From assembly GCF_001194135.2 (NCBI RefSeq), contig NC_068982.1, positions 147,512,906 through 147,548,707 on the forward strand: 35,802 bases of DNA, in the 5' to 3' direction. Source of the stretch: Octopus bimaculoides (taxonomy: Eukaryota). Both the position numbers and the translations under genes were made by a program. The notes under the pieces were generated by a model that saw only the letters and a program-made list of their open reading frames with translations, was not told where the DNA came from and did no database searches. Below, piece by piece: positions 12,339-24,868 of the stretch; within the stretch, counting starts at the first letter, position 1; every line of letters starts with the position of its first letter.

Positions 12339-13319
12339 TCATATATATACACAAATATATATATACATAAGCCTAGTTTGCTATATATGTGTATACATAT
12401 ATTCACACGCACACACACACATACTCACATATATATTCATAGTCACATATATATATATATATCATAGAGTATATATACAAAAGAGTATATTTGTATGTAT
12501 ACTCACTCACATACACACACACGTATATAACCATACCCATGTATCTATGTGTGTGTACAGAGATAAATGAATATAGAAAAAGTAGACAAGATACAAGATT
12601 GAAGACTAAAATGATAGCGAAAAAATGAAAAGGAAAATTCATTGAAAGCAGACGATTTAAAATTTATATATAAAAAATATAGAAATAAACGTTTCAACTT
12701 AAATATCCTTTCTATTGAAAAGTCTTATATATATATATATATGTATGCTTATTCATATATATTCTTGAAATGAAAAGAAAAATGAATTGAAAAATGGAAT
12801 AAAAATATATCAAAACAATAATGAAAAATATGAAAGAAGAGACATCAATATGCAAAATGAAAGAAATTGTAAGAATTGGTGGGAGCAAGTGTGATCCTTT
12901 ATTTTAATAAAAGAGCAAGTAATAACAAGCAAAAGAGAAACTTCAAAAGACTTAAAGGATGCTATTCTATGAAGTGATCTGAGGGGAAAGGAGCATCTTC
13001 AGAGCGAAATAGACAAACGAGAAGAAATAATTTAAAGAAAAAATATTAAAGCTGATTTTACGTGCAAACTTCTTCTTTAAAAAAAAAAAAAAAAATCTTG
13101 ATTTTGCAAGTCTTTCAATAATAGAACAATTTTATAATGAAATGAAATGAAATTTCGCTCGTCTGTCCGTGTTAGATGTGTGTATGTTGACATCCACATA
13201 CATGTAAACGTTCATACTAGATCACATATAAAAATGTATATTTTTGCACATGTATACATACATACACACACATATATATATATTATATATATACATATAT
13301 ATATTTATATACAGTTTAT

Positions 13320-13358
<39 letters not shown>

Positions 13359-14017
13359 CAAGTACATACATACACAAGTATATATATATTTGTTGGCCGC
13401 TTCCTCGTTCTTGCGTATGAGATGACAATGCAGGTACTTCAAGCAATGCACATGCAGAATCCTTTTTAATGTGAAGAGAAGCCTTGCTCAAAACCCACCC
13501 CAGTCTCTGTGCAACGATGACAGATGCCATTAAAACGAAAACGAACTAACCAACGTCATTGGTTGCATCGAGTCATATATTTTACATCAGAGTCTTCCTT
13601 CTCCTAGAACGATGTCCTAACAAGGACCAGGGCGTTGCTCATTCCCAGTTATGTAGTACAACATAACTGTTATGTAGTTATGTAGTACACCATGCTTACA
13701 ATCTTATTCTCATAGTTTTCTGCTGACTGATTCTGTTGTGCCTGCCCATTGTTGAAAAATTATCAATTCCTTGCGCGGCTTCTGTGTTTCCTACACTAAA
13801 GTCACCATTTTATCGATGGTTGCTGCAGTAACTATTGCCGACCTTCAGAAATAACAAGAACGAACTTGTGTGCACAGTCACAGTATTGGATGGCCGTTGA
13901 CGTTAAGACGTTCAACGGCCCTTTGACAGGTTTCTTCTACAGCTTGCTGGATTTCCAATCACTCTCTTCACTAATCATACATACATACATACATACATAC
14001 ATACACACATACCTACC

Positions 14018-14049
<32 letters not shown>

Positions 14050-14108
14050 TATTTATATATAGTTTTAGGGAAAATAACCAATTTTCAAGAACTCATCGAT
14101 GAAAATCC

Positions 14109-14297
14109 ACTATCACATATAGAAAAATTAATAATTAAAAGCACAATAAATGAGTATAATATAAAGTAAAGTAAATATCATAAGATAACTATAATATAAT
14201 ATTATATTATATTATATTTATCTTATGATATTTACTTTACTTTATATTATACTCATTTATTGTGCTTTTAATTATTAATTTTTCTATATGTGATAGT
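14109..14297. repeat. Perfect 80-bp inverted repeat with a 29-nt AT spacer
   Basis: 14109-14188 is the exact reverse complement of 14218-14297. It abuts the N gap at 14298. Confidence 0.9.
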
Positions 14298-14619
14298 NNN
14301 NNNNNNNNNNNNNNNNNNNNNNNNNNNNNNNNNNNNNNNNNNNNNNNNNNNNNNNNNNNNNNNNNNNNNNNNNNNNNNNNNNNNNNNNNNNNNNNNNNNN
14401 NNNNNNNNNNNNNNNNNNNNNNNNNNNNNNNNNNNNNNNNNNNNNNNNNNNNNNNNNNNNNNNNNNNNNNNNNNNNNNNNNNNNNNNNNNNNNNNNNNNN
14501 NNNNNNNNNNNNNNNNNNNNNNNNNNNNNNNNNNNNNNNNNNNNNNNNNNNNNNNNNNNNNNNNNNNNNNNNNNNNNNNNNNNNNNNNNNNNNNNNNNNN
14601 NNNNNNNNNTATATATATA

Positions 14620-15093
14620 CAGGGGCTGAAAAAATAATGGAAACATCTAGCATCATAGCATCATAATTTTGAAATATCTATAAAACCGTCAAAAGCTTGT
14701 TTATTTCTATGCTTTTTGATTCATTATTAGTGTTGCTTAATATGTTTTGCTAAAATTGCTGTTTCTTTTCAGATATCATCAGAATAAGGTAATAAAAACT
14801 CCATAAAATAACAGATCTAGCGGACTTTCAAGGAGGTCAAATAGTTGGTGCTCATATGGTAGGCGCTAGCGTAATGAAAGCACCCGGAATATTTGGTGTG
14901 TCAAGAAGTAGTGTCTCGAAAGTAATGACAGCAAAATTTTCGGATAGGGACCGTCGGACTCTTACGCGAGATGTTAGAAAGGATCACAAAAGTACAGCTC
15001 CCAAAAATGACTGCAGAGCTTAATGACCACCTCGAGAACCCAGTTTCCACAAAAACTGTTTGTCGAGAGCTGCACAAAGCCAGATTTCATGGG
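14620..15093 (+). mobile_element. 5' half of a Tc1-like transposon
   Basis: TA|CAGGGGCTGAAAAAATAATGGAAACA TIR-like start. The translation DLADFQGGQIVGAHMVGASV...FGVSRSSVSKVMTA / KFSDRDRRTLTRDVRKDHKSTAPK / TAELNDHLENPVSTKTVCRELHKARFHG fits Tc1 HTH domains with an internal deletion. The DDE domain is absent. Confidence 0.88.
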
Positions 15094-15777
15094 ATGTGTC
15101 CAGGTATATGTAAATTTAGAAAAAAATCAATTCTTCTCAGTGCATAACGCAGGGACCGCTTGTTAGTAACTCGTTCCTTGCCGATACAAATCATACACAT
15201 TCTCGACTCAACCGCAACTCTCAACCCCAACCCCGGCAACGTGGAATATCTAGGTGGTCGTTTGCTCTGACAGATAAAGAAACCTATCCTCTCTAAAATC
15301 ACACGAACCGGTTTATGTATATATGAAAGCGAAGGATATGTTAGTTAAGATACTGTGTGTAAATATATGGACGGCAGGGTGAGATTTGAGGTTGGTGTTA
15401 TTTATTCTCAGATTGCACTTGAAATTGTGTAAGCTTACGATCAAATGTGTTCTAGTTATGACCGCCTGGCTTTGATTTCTGTCAATTTGTCCAGGACGAT
15501 ATACAATCTGCATTTCTTTGAAGAATGTAGTCGGCGATTGAGGGAGATTTTAGCTGTTATTTGTAATGGGTCAACCGGTCATGTGGGTGCACTCTCATAC
15601 AGGAGGAATGTAATTAATGTATCCCACTCCGGAAAATAATGAAAAATACTAGCACTGACATGTTACAAATGCTAGCATGACAAAGTGCAATGCTGCATTC
15701 ATTGAAATTTCAGTTGATTCGAAGGATTTTCAGGCGGCGATTCAATATATTCATTAGGAAGGTTTTTTTTATTCCAT

Positions 15778-15850
15778 ATAGTGAGTTCAAATCCTGCTCA
15801 GGTCAACTTTTCTTTTTATCTTTCGGAGTTGAAAAATAAAGAACCAGTCA
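15778..15850 (+). mobile_element. SINE family B fragment
   Basis: GAGTTCAAATCCTGCTCAGGTCAACTTT...TCTTTCGGAG resembles the family B core. Confidence 0.6.
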
Positions 15851-16047
15851 CGGTGATAGATTGGCGCAATCGTTATAGCATGGCGTGATGTCTTGCGTTA
15901 GTTTTCCCGGCTCCTTTATGTTCTGAATTCAAAGTTATTACTTAGTGCTCATAGCCGTAGCTTATCATCAGAAGCATCGTATCCAACTTGAAATTGACCA
16001 GCAAAGACAGGTTGATCTATTACCAGCATAGACCAGCTGGCAACAAC

Positions 16048-16633
16048 ATGCCAACAGCAATGGATCAAAAACAGTTGAATGATTTCGCTCCATGTGAGTT
16101 TTTGTTGTATTGCATTGTTGATTTGGTGAATTGTTGAAATCGTTATTAACTGGAATTGTTGCAATTGTTGTTGTTAACTGGATTTTATTTTTTCTTCCCC
16201 AGTTATGGGTGAAGTAAGGAATAATACTGCCATGGAAGGTAAGCCAACAGGAAGTTACGCTGCGCTGACCGGTAAAGGCCTGTCAATAGAGGTACCTCAG
16301 GTTCACGGAATTAAATTGAAAGAGAAAAATTACAAAATGTATAACGCTTTGCTCAAGAAGGCAAGGGACAGCCTGAAAAGATGATGGTTGAATATAATAA
16401 AAATTGTGTAGATATAGAGAAGAGAGTTTCTCAAAATGAAAAATGTAATAAGAATTAAGCTGGCCGACAAAGAGGCGAATCGAAACATGAAAGCGGTGTT
16501 GTTGGAGGATGATAGAGCAGGAAGGTTGAAGGAGATATTTGGAGACAGAATACAGACAATAGGAATTCGATTTCGATACGACAATTTGCGATCAGTGATA
16601 ACATTTGAAGAATTGTTGGCGTTTTTGACGTGA
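16048..16633 (+). pseudogene. Decayed, apparently spliced ORF, possibly retroelement ORF1/gag-like
   Basis: Intron-like segment 16094-16202 (GTGAGT...TTAAC...polyY-CAG) joins the frames. The frame continues through three stops (16382, 16409, 16415) into the 16436-16633 ORF. It contains GSYAAL. Confidence 0.4.
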
Positions 16634-17470
16634 CATTGTGAACAGGATACAGACTAAGTACATTGCTTTATTTAAAAGAAAAACAGTAAAACGGAACTAC
16701 CTACTCGGGGGTTAGGAAAGCCATTCCATTCTCATTTCATTTACTTTCATAATTCATTCGTTATATGTTTTATGTACCCCATGTATTGTTTTGTCTGTCC
16801 TCGTGGTGTCCTCTCTTTGTAAAGGTTATGTTCCTAAATAAAAGAAATATAGAAGCAGATTTGATATCATTATGCAATCCCCCAAATCTTAGTAGAATAA
16901 AGTAGAAAAATTATGGGCTTAACAGCACACAACAAATTTTAGATGAAACACTTTCGTATATAAAATCTGCCGATAAATTAACGAGTAGTTATAACGTTCA
17001 TAATAATTTTACCGATGTAAATTACACCCCCATCGAAAAAAATAAACAATGATTAATATATAGAATATTTGAGTCTGAATCTTAAGAATGAAGAGAAACT
17101 AGTCCAATCTCGCGTGAAAACTTTTCGGGCAGTTACGCTGAATTTAACAATGAAAAACAACGAAAAGAAAAGAAACTTTTATTCCTAAGAAGCGCACATT
17201 CTATCAAAAACAACTTCAATACCAAACCAAATTCGCATTGCTGGGAACACTTAAAGCCTCGATTTTTTATGAAGTCCCCAGACTCGTGAGAAAAGTTGTT
17301 TCTTCTTTTCCCAATAATATTTAAACACTGTTCACTAAAACAGCAAAATATTTAAAATATTTAAAATAATTCCTCCCTGATGTAGGTAGTGAAATAAAGA
17401 TAATGATTATGGTGATGACTGATGCATGATGCAATTCCTTAGCTATAAGTATATCTGCTTAACCTTAGAA

Positions 17471-17673
17471 CGGTGAGGTGGCAAAATTGTTAGCACGCTG
17501 AGCAAAATGCTTAGCGGCATTTCGACCGTCTTTATGCTCTGAGTTTAAGTTCTGCCGAGATTTACTTTACCTTTCATCTTTTCGAATTCGATACAATAAG
17601 TACCTGTTGAATACTGGGGTCCATCCATGATATTGACTATCCCTTTGGCCTTGTGCCAGAATTTGAAACCAAT
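17471..17673 (+). mobile_element. SINE family B
   Basis: GGTGAGGTGGCAAAATTGTTAGCACG...ATGCTTAGCGGCATTTCG...ATAAGTACC...TACTGGGGTC. Confidence 0.85.
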
Positions 17674-18164
17674 ATATTTGATTAACCTATAACAAATGAA
17701 GGAAAACTCCTAGGTTTATATCTTACGGATAGTGAGCAGATAATATCGTTGTAGGTAACATGCTGGGCTAAGACGGCTGCGTATATGCATCATTCCTTTT
17801 ATGAATGAAATTTAAACGTAAAGTTTAAAGTTTCAGCTTTAAGTGATGTACATGAAAATGAGTAACGGACACGAAGTAGCATGGCTACAGCAAGAAATAT
17901 ATCGCTTACATCAAACGACAATTTTAAGTCCTCTATTGTATTTTTGCTTATAGAAGTACTAAATGGAAAGGGAATAAGGTGACACGGATCAACTGAATAT
18001 TAAAATTTTGCTGTCTACTCGGCTTGCCAGTTATGTTTTCTGATGAATAGAACAGTGCTTTTGTGGAGGGGCGGGATGAGAAAGATTTACAGTCTATTAT
18101 TTCGACTCCAATATGCCAATGATCTTCTCCTCAACACATCAGTTATATGGCTTTCAGCATGTCG

Positions 18165-18632
18165 GCTATATCGATTTCAATATACATCGACTGTATCGAG
18201 TTCATTATATCGATTGCATTAACTTCAATATAGCTGTTATATTGATTTCAATTCATGGATTGCATAGGCTCCAATATGTCGTTTATAAATTTCAATATAG
18301 TGACTATATTGATTTAAATGTATCAATTATATCGACCTTACTTTATCCATTGTTTCAATTTTAGCATATCAATTATATAGACTTAAATATATAAATTATT
18401 TCGATTTTAATATATTGATTATAAAGCCGCCAATATATTAATTATATTGATTTCAATACGTTGATTATATTGACTTCTGAGCATTGATTATATAGACTTT
18501 AATATATCAATTATACAGATTTCGATACATTGATGTCAATATATCAATTACACCAACTTCCAAATATAGATTCTATAGATATCAGTATATGAATTATATA
18601 CACTTCAATATACCGCTTATATCGACTTAAGC
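18165..18632. repeat. Degenerate minisatellite (~11/22-bp period, TATATCGATTTCAA-like)
   Basis: Recurring ATATCGA/ATATTGA...TTTCAAT units. Confidence 0.75.
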
Positions 18633-20382
18633 ATTCGTTTATGGCTTAATAAATGTGCTGGTGGGTCTAGCTGTGATTCCAAGTCCGAGGAAATAGAGGA
18701 AGAAGCAGTGGCCATGTTCTCAGGCGAGCGAACAGTGGAAATTTACTCAGAAAGGAACAAGGCATAAATAAATATCCTAAGACAGTGAGGGACGCCTCAA
18801 ATCATAATTATTTTGAGAGTCTACCTTCGGACCATATAACCCGCTGGTACTGCAATGTTGCTTCGAAAAGGTTTTGATGTCGAGGAAACGACAATTTTAT
18901 TGGCCCTGTTATTAAGTTTTTTTTTTGTTTTTTGTTTTTTTTGCACAAGAGTAACAGCGGAAGTAGGACCTTCAAATACGTACCAATTTGCAATGTGAGG
19001 GAGACAGGTGACTAGACTTCTTCGGGCGTCCAAAAGTATTTTTGCGAGCATCACACACGTCAGTATGAGTAGCCGTCCAGAATGGCATGTCAGACGCACG
19101 CCTTAGGATTGTATGTGGAATAGGCGATAGGAGAGAGGCATGCTCAATTCTCACAAACCAACTTAGTTATACGGGTCTGATTTTAGTGAGTCAACAGATG
19201 GGGTACACTGTTCATACGCTTTTTGGATGGCTTATTACACAGATCACAAGATCGGGATATGCATGGTCAACATAGACAAGATGAAAGCAAGGCGAAACTA
19301 TACGCATCGTTCTTGGCACAGAAATCTAACAAAGATCAAATTAGCATATCAGTTCGCTGGAAGTTGAAGGGAGCGATCGTCAACCTTTAAAGATGGTAGC
19401 AAGCTTTTGAGATGTGTCTCTAGTATCACTTCAGATGACTCATCTTAATTTACCAACTCGATGCATTTATTAACTGCTCAACATTTAATTAGAAATTATT
19501 TGGAACTATAAAAGATTTATGTGAAACGAACAGGAAGTTTTAATCTCAGATATGCTTAAAGAAAAAATATAAGTATATTTAGCTACCTTATGTCAATGTT
19601 CCGAGAAAAAACTCGATAGATAAACAGATAAACAGGCAGATAATTAGGTAGATTGTTTGATAAATAGATAAATAAATAAATAATAGACGGGCAGTCAGAC
19701 AGACAGACAGCTAGTTTCAGAGCTACAATAAAGTTAGATTTCCGTCGACTATTCGTTTTTTAAGTTGCTAGGGAAAGGANNNNNNNNNNGCTACAATAAA
19801 GTTAGATTTCCGTCGACTATTCGTTTTTTAAGTTGCTAGGGAAAGGATCCTGTGCAACCTTACTAAATATAGCAGTCGGCCTAGGTACAGGACGTCACCA
19901 ACAGTAAACAACATGAAATACGAAAACAAATGAGTGAAATACGCAAATAATGAGAGAAAAAAATGGGATAAGTAATACAAAGAATGTCCCTTCATTAGTT
20001 GTCGGTTGTCTATGTACTCCCCAGCTCCCATAAATACCAAAATAAAATTTTGTATTTATGGAAGATCAAAGTTAAGAACAAAAACAGGACAGTGAAGACA
20101 TGCAGGGAAACCGAACGAAAACAAAGACGGATGGTCGTTAGATCTGAACGAGGGTGAAAAATAGTGAACGTTGAGAGAAATATTTTCTTTGAAAAGAGAA
20201 AAGATAGAAGAGAGAGATAGGAGACGTCCGGTTTTTAGAAAGTCCATGCAAGAAAGATGGATGGTCACGTGAGGAAAAGAAAGATGGGCGATGGTCACGT
20301 GTGAGCAACGAGAGAGAGAAAAAGAGAAAGAGGGGAGAGAGAGACAGATAGAGAACGATGAGGAGGAGAAAAAGGGAATTAG

Positions 20383-20457
20383 ATAGGATAGTGGCTTAGT
20401 GGTCAAAGATATTGCACCCATTTTCGTAAGACTGGTTTCGATTCCTATCCAGGCGTT
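20383..20457 (+). mobile_element. Degenerate tRNA-derived SINE head
   Basis: A box TGGCTTAGTGG and B box GGTTTCGATTCC at SINE-like spacing, with no cloverleaf. Confidence 0.5.
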
Positions 20458-20508
20458 ACGTTATGTTTTAGAGCAAAACACTTAATTTCAGGTTGCTACA
20501 GCCCACTT

Positions 20509-21677
20509 CATCATCATCATCATCATCATCGTTTAACGTCCGCTTTCCATGCTAGCATGGGTTGGACGATTTGACTGAGGACTGGTGAAACCGGATGGCA
20601 ACACCAGGCTCCAATCTAATTTGGCAGAGTTTCTACAGCTGGATGCCCTTCCTAACGCCAACCACTCAGAGAGTGTAGTGGGTGCTTTTACGTGTCACCC
20701 GCACGAAAACGGCCACGCTCGAAATGGTGTCTTTTATGTGCCACCCGCACANNNNNNNNNNNNNNNNNNNNNNNNNNNNNNNNNNNNNNNNNNNNNNNNN
20801 NNNNNNNNNNNNNNNNNNNNNNNNNNNNNNNNNNNNNNNNNNNNNNNNNNNNNNNNNNNNNNNNNNNNNNNNNNNNNNNNNNNNNNNNNNNNNNNNNNNN
20901 NNNNNNNNNNNNNNNNNNNNNNNNNNNNNNNNNNNNNNNNNNNNNNNNNNNNNNNNNNNNNNNNNNNNNNNNNNNNNNNNNNNNNNNNNNNNNNNNNNNN
21001 NNNNNNNNNNNNNNNNNNNNNNNNNNNNNNNNNNNNNNNNNNNNNNNNNNNNNNNNNNNNNNNNNNNNNNNNNNNNNNNNNNNNNNNNNNNNNNNNNNNN
21101 NNNNNNNNNNNNNNNNNNNNNNNNNNNNNNNNNNNNNNNNNNNNNNNNNNNNNNNNNNNNNNNNNNNNNNNNNNNNNNNNNNNNNNNNNNNNNNNNNNNN
21201 NNNNNNNNNNNNNNNNNNNNNNNNNNNNNNNNNNNNNNNNNNNNNNNNNNNNNNNNNNNNNNNNNNNNNNNNNNNNNNNNNNNNNNNNNNNNNNNNNNNN
21301 CACATGTCCATACCAGCGCAACTGTCTCTCTTGCACACCACAACTGATGCTTCTAATGTTCAGCTTTTCTTTCAAGATACTTACACTCTGACGGGTATTC
21401 ACATTGACATTACACATCCAACGGAGCATACTGGCTTCATTCCTTGCGAGCTTACGTATGTCCTCAGCAGTTACAGCCCATGTTTCACTGCCATGTAGCA
21501 TGGCTGTTAGTACGCATGCGTCATACAGTCTGCCTTTTACTCTGAGTGAGAGTCCCTTTGTCGCCAGCAGGGGTAAGAGCTCTCTAAACTTTGCCCAGGC
21601 TATTCTTATTCTAGGAGCTACACTTTCAGCGCACCCCCCCCCACTACTAACTTGGTCGCCCAGATAGCGGAAGGGCT
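20509..21677 (-). mobile_element. 5'-truncated RTE-clade LINE (end of RT, C-terminus, 3' UTR, (ATG)n tail); middle lies in a gap
   Basis: Stop-free peptide FRYLGDQVSSGGGC...RIRIAWAKFRELLPLLATKGLSLRVKGRLYDACV..AMLHGSETW...RNEASMLRWMC...RQLRWYGHV, typical of RTE. A (CAT)n tail is seen on the + strand at 20509-20530. Confidence 0.93.
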
Positions 21678-21689
21678 GATAAAAAATAA

Positions 21690-21790
21690 TTAGTAATCCT
21701 GCGACGGACCAGCGCCTCTGTCCAGACGACAATATATACTCCACGAAATTCCGGAAACGGCCTTATGAGCGTATGGCTCTTAAAAGACCT
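21690..21790 (+). mobile_element. SINE family C 3' fragment
   Basis: CCTGCGACGGACCAGCG...GTCCAG...CCGGAAACGGCC.TATGAG resembles 23450-23530. Confidence 0.6.
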
Positions 21791-22531
21791 ATGAACTTTT
21801 ATAGGTACACACACATATATATATGGGAATGTATATATTATATATAAATATATACTTGTGTGCATGTGTAGAAATATATATGCATACACACATCTGTACG
21901 TATTTATTTGTTTATGTGAGCTAGTGTGTGTGTGTGGAAAAAGCGGTTTTAGAGAGAAACAGAAGTGAATTACATCACTATGTACCATGTCTTTGCGACT
22001 GAATGGCCGAAAAATACCAAATGTCTGCACATAAACGCTGCCGGTAAAAACTACCGCCTCCGCCACCCTATTCTAATCAATGTCTTTGTAGTTTTTGTTT
22101 TTGCCTTTTTTATTATTATTATTTTTGCTGATCATTTTTCTTTTGCACGTTTTATGTTTCAGTCACATTTTTCATTGATCCTCGTTCCTCTTACCTTTTT
22201 CCTTATTTTTTTTTCATATCCTATTTATTTGTTGTTTATGTTATTGCTCTATTGCTTTTCCTTAATTTTGTTTGTCACTTTTTTTTTTACTGAATTCTTT
22301 TCCGTCGTTAACTTTTTTGATGTTTTTTGTCGATATTTTAGTTGATGGTGTTTACGTTATTGCTGCCTTTTTTTTGTTTTCCACCCCAAACTGCTTTTTC
22401 AACTCTTTATTTCTTTTTATGCTTTTTGTCCTTTTCTCCAATTTATTCACGACACTTTTTGAAATTTAGTTCAAATGAATATTTCAATTTTATTTATTTA
22501 CTTGAAGACATTATTTGTATTCGCATAAGGT

Positions 22532-22533
<2 letters not shown>

Positions 22534-22588
<55 letters not shown>

Positions 22589-22620
22589 CACGTCTTCTTC
22601 TTCTTCTTCTTCTTCTTCTT
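22534..22620. repeat. (CTA)n-(CTT)n array
   Basis: Direct tandem repeats. Confidence 0.95.
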
Positions 22621-23251
22621 GTCTTTGCTTTTGCTGTTATTGTTGTCGTTTATCGCCGATACTGGACGTGTTTTGGAAGCTCCATGAGTTTTCGTTTTGT
22701 ATTTTAGAATTTTGTCTTCGTTCATTTTATTTTTCTAATTTGCTTCTTGGTTGACCAGAACCAAAAGGGACTGATCAATCGTATTTGTTACTTGCCCTGC
22801 GGTGCAAAATTAAAAAATAAAAATTAAAAAAAAAAAATTTGAAACATAGTGTAATTTTTAAAATGTCCGTCTCTTTGCCAGCCGCCCATCTAGAGAGGAA
22901 TATGAGAGGAGGTTTCGAAGTTGAATCTGTCTTTCGGAGTCACCACTCAACAAAATATACTACAGATATCGTACTAATACAAAAAAAAAGAAGAAAAAAA
23001 AAACAGATTTTGATACTTAGTTGTAACTCAGGATATATATATATATTAATTTCTTTTTTTTTGTTTTGTATAATATATAAATATTATTTAAATATAAAAA
23101 TAATACGTTCTTAATAGTATATAAATTCAAATTATATTTGAGTATAAAATAGATTGTTTAATCTTATTGTTTTTGATAATATTGATTTGTGTATAGTGCT
23201 ATTATAGTCTAGTTAAATTGATTATAAGTATGTATTTCTTTAGAATGTAGA

Positions 23252-23543
23252 GGCGCAATGGCCCAGTGGTCAGGGCAGCAGACTCGCGATCGGAGGATCG
23301 CAGTTTCGATTCCCAGACTGGGCGTTGTGAGTGTTTATTGAGCGAAAACACCTAAGCTCCATGAGGCTCCGGCAGGGGGTGGTGGCGACCCCTGTTGTAC
23401 TCTTTCGCCCCAACTTTCTTTCACTCTTTCTTCCTGTTTCTTGAGTAACGCTGCGATGGATTGGCGTCCCGTCCAGCTGGGGGGAACACGTACGCCATAG
23501 AAACCGGGAAACCGGGCCCATGAGCCTGGCTAGGCGAAAAAAA
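23252..23543 (+). mobile_element. Full-length tRNA-derived SINE family C
   Basis: GGCGCAATGGCCCAGTGGTCAGGGCAGCAGACTCGCG...AGTTTCGATTCCC head (A and B boxes), CTGCGATGGATTGGCGTCCCGTCCAG core and an A-rich end. Confidence 0.9.
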
Positions 23544-24492
23544 TTTCTTTAGAATATTAGGTAATAATAGTTGAACAGTAGCACCAATAGCAGCAGCAGC
23601 AGCAGCAACAAGAAAAACAATAACAGCAACTACATATACAGCAACAACTATAACAACAACAGAAGAAGCAACTAAAAGGAAAATGAATACAATGACAATA
23701 AGAACTAGTGACAATGAAAACAATACTACGACAGAAAGTAACAATGGCAGTGAAAGACAGGTAGAAGAAAGTTTAAATTGTTGATTGAAGGTACCTGAAA
23801 ATTCCCCATCTTGTTAGTATCCTGTAGGTTAGTGGATAAGGGTCGCTTAGGTTGTCCACGTTTTAATATAAACGCCTACACTAACCACAAATTTGTGATC
23901 TGTACGATCGGCACAGATTGGCTTCCTACGCAGGGATCAAGTTAATAACGTGTCGCTCACGGTGCGCCAAGTTTACAGAGAGCGGATTAGCGAATTAGTT
24001 AAGGGCTGCTGACGAGTGCAACCTTCAACGATAAATAGTGATTGACTCTGAGAAAAAATGCGATTGGAGTAGAATCTTTAAGGATTTTGTAAGGTGGAAG
24101 CAATAGAGAAAAATAGAGAGAAATAGGGGGACTTAGAATATTAGAAACTTCCGAACGGCTCTTAGGAGAGTTATTGCAATCGACCTGCTTGCTGTGAGAT
24201 TAGCCCTCGACCAATTTGTCAATGCGAAGAAGCGTGAAGATTGCATTGTCAGGGCTAATGCTCATGCTCTAAGCCACGATAGGTACAACAGCAGTTCGAC
24301 ACACACGCACTCTCTCGTACGCATGTGCGCGCACGCACGTATTCATCGGTTTACAGAAAGTGCTGAGATGACTGTTGGCGTTTCAACACCTGTTACCTAA
24401 AGCGATTTTTTTCTCCACGGCAATTTGCAATGAAATTAGCTTTATTACAGTTACAATTTGTCACAAACATATTTGATCTAAAAGTTTGTATG

Positions 24493-24541
<49 letters not shown>

Positions 24542-24868
24542 NNNNNNNNNNNNNNNNNNNNNNNNNNNNNNNNNNNNNNNNNNNNNNNNNNNNNNNNNNN
24601 NNNNNNNNNNNNNNNNNNNNNNNNNNNNNNNNNNNNNNNNNNNNNNNNNNNNNNNNNNNNNNNNNNNNNNNNNNNNNNNNNNNNNNNNNNNNNNNNNNNN
24701 NNNNNNNNNNNNNNNNNNNNNACACACACACACACACACGCACGCACGCACATGCATATATACATGTATATACACATGCATATATATATATGCATATATA
24801 TATATGCATATATATATATATATATATATGCATATAAAAATAATAATAATAATAATAACAACAACAAC

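Noticed and set aside
13892-13945. GC hairpin as a Helitron 3' end
   Set aside because: No CTRR at a suitable distance on either strand.
19722-19847. 58-bp exact direct repeat around a 10-N gap
   Set aside because: Classic unmerged contig overlap; not a CRISPR or a real duplication.
19880-20370. Minus-strand CTAATGA-AGGGA...TCCC as a fourth hammerhead
   Set aside because: G5 is mutated and no GAAA follows the stem. It may be a repeat fragment, but I cannot support that.
23252-23325. SINE heads as tRNA genes
   Set aside because: No complete cloverleaf; they continue into repeat bodies.
24004-24020. Isolated CTGANGA hits (also at ~2230, 4935, 15965, 18040, 28911, 31990)
   Set aside because: No closing helix II plus GAAA; several lie inside TE coding relics.
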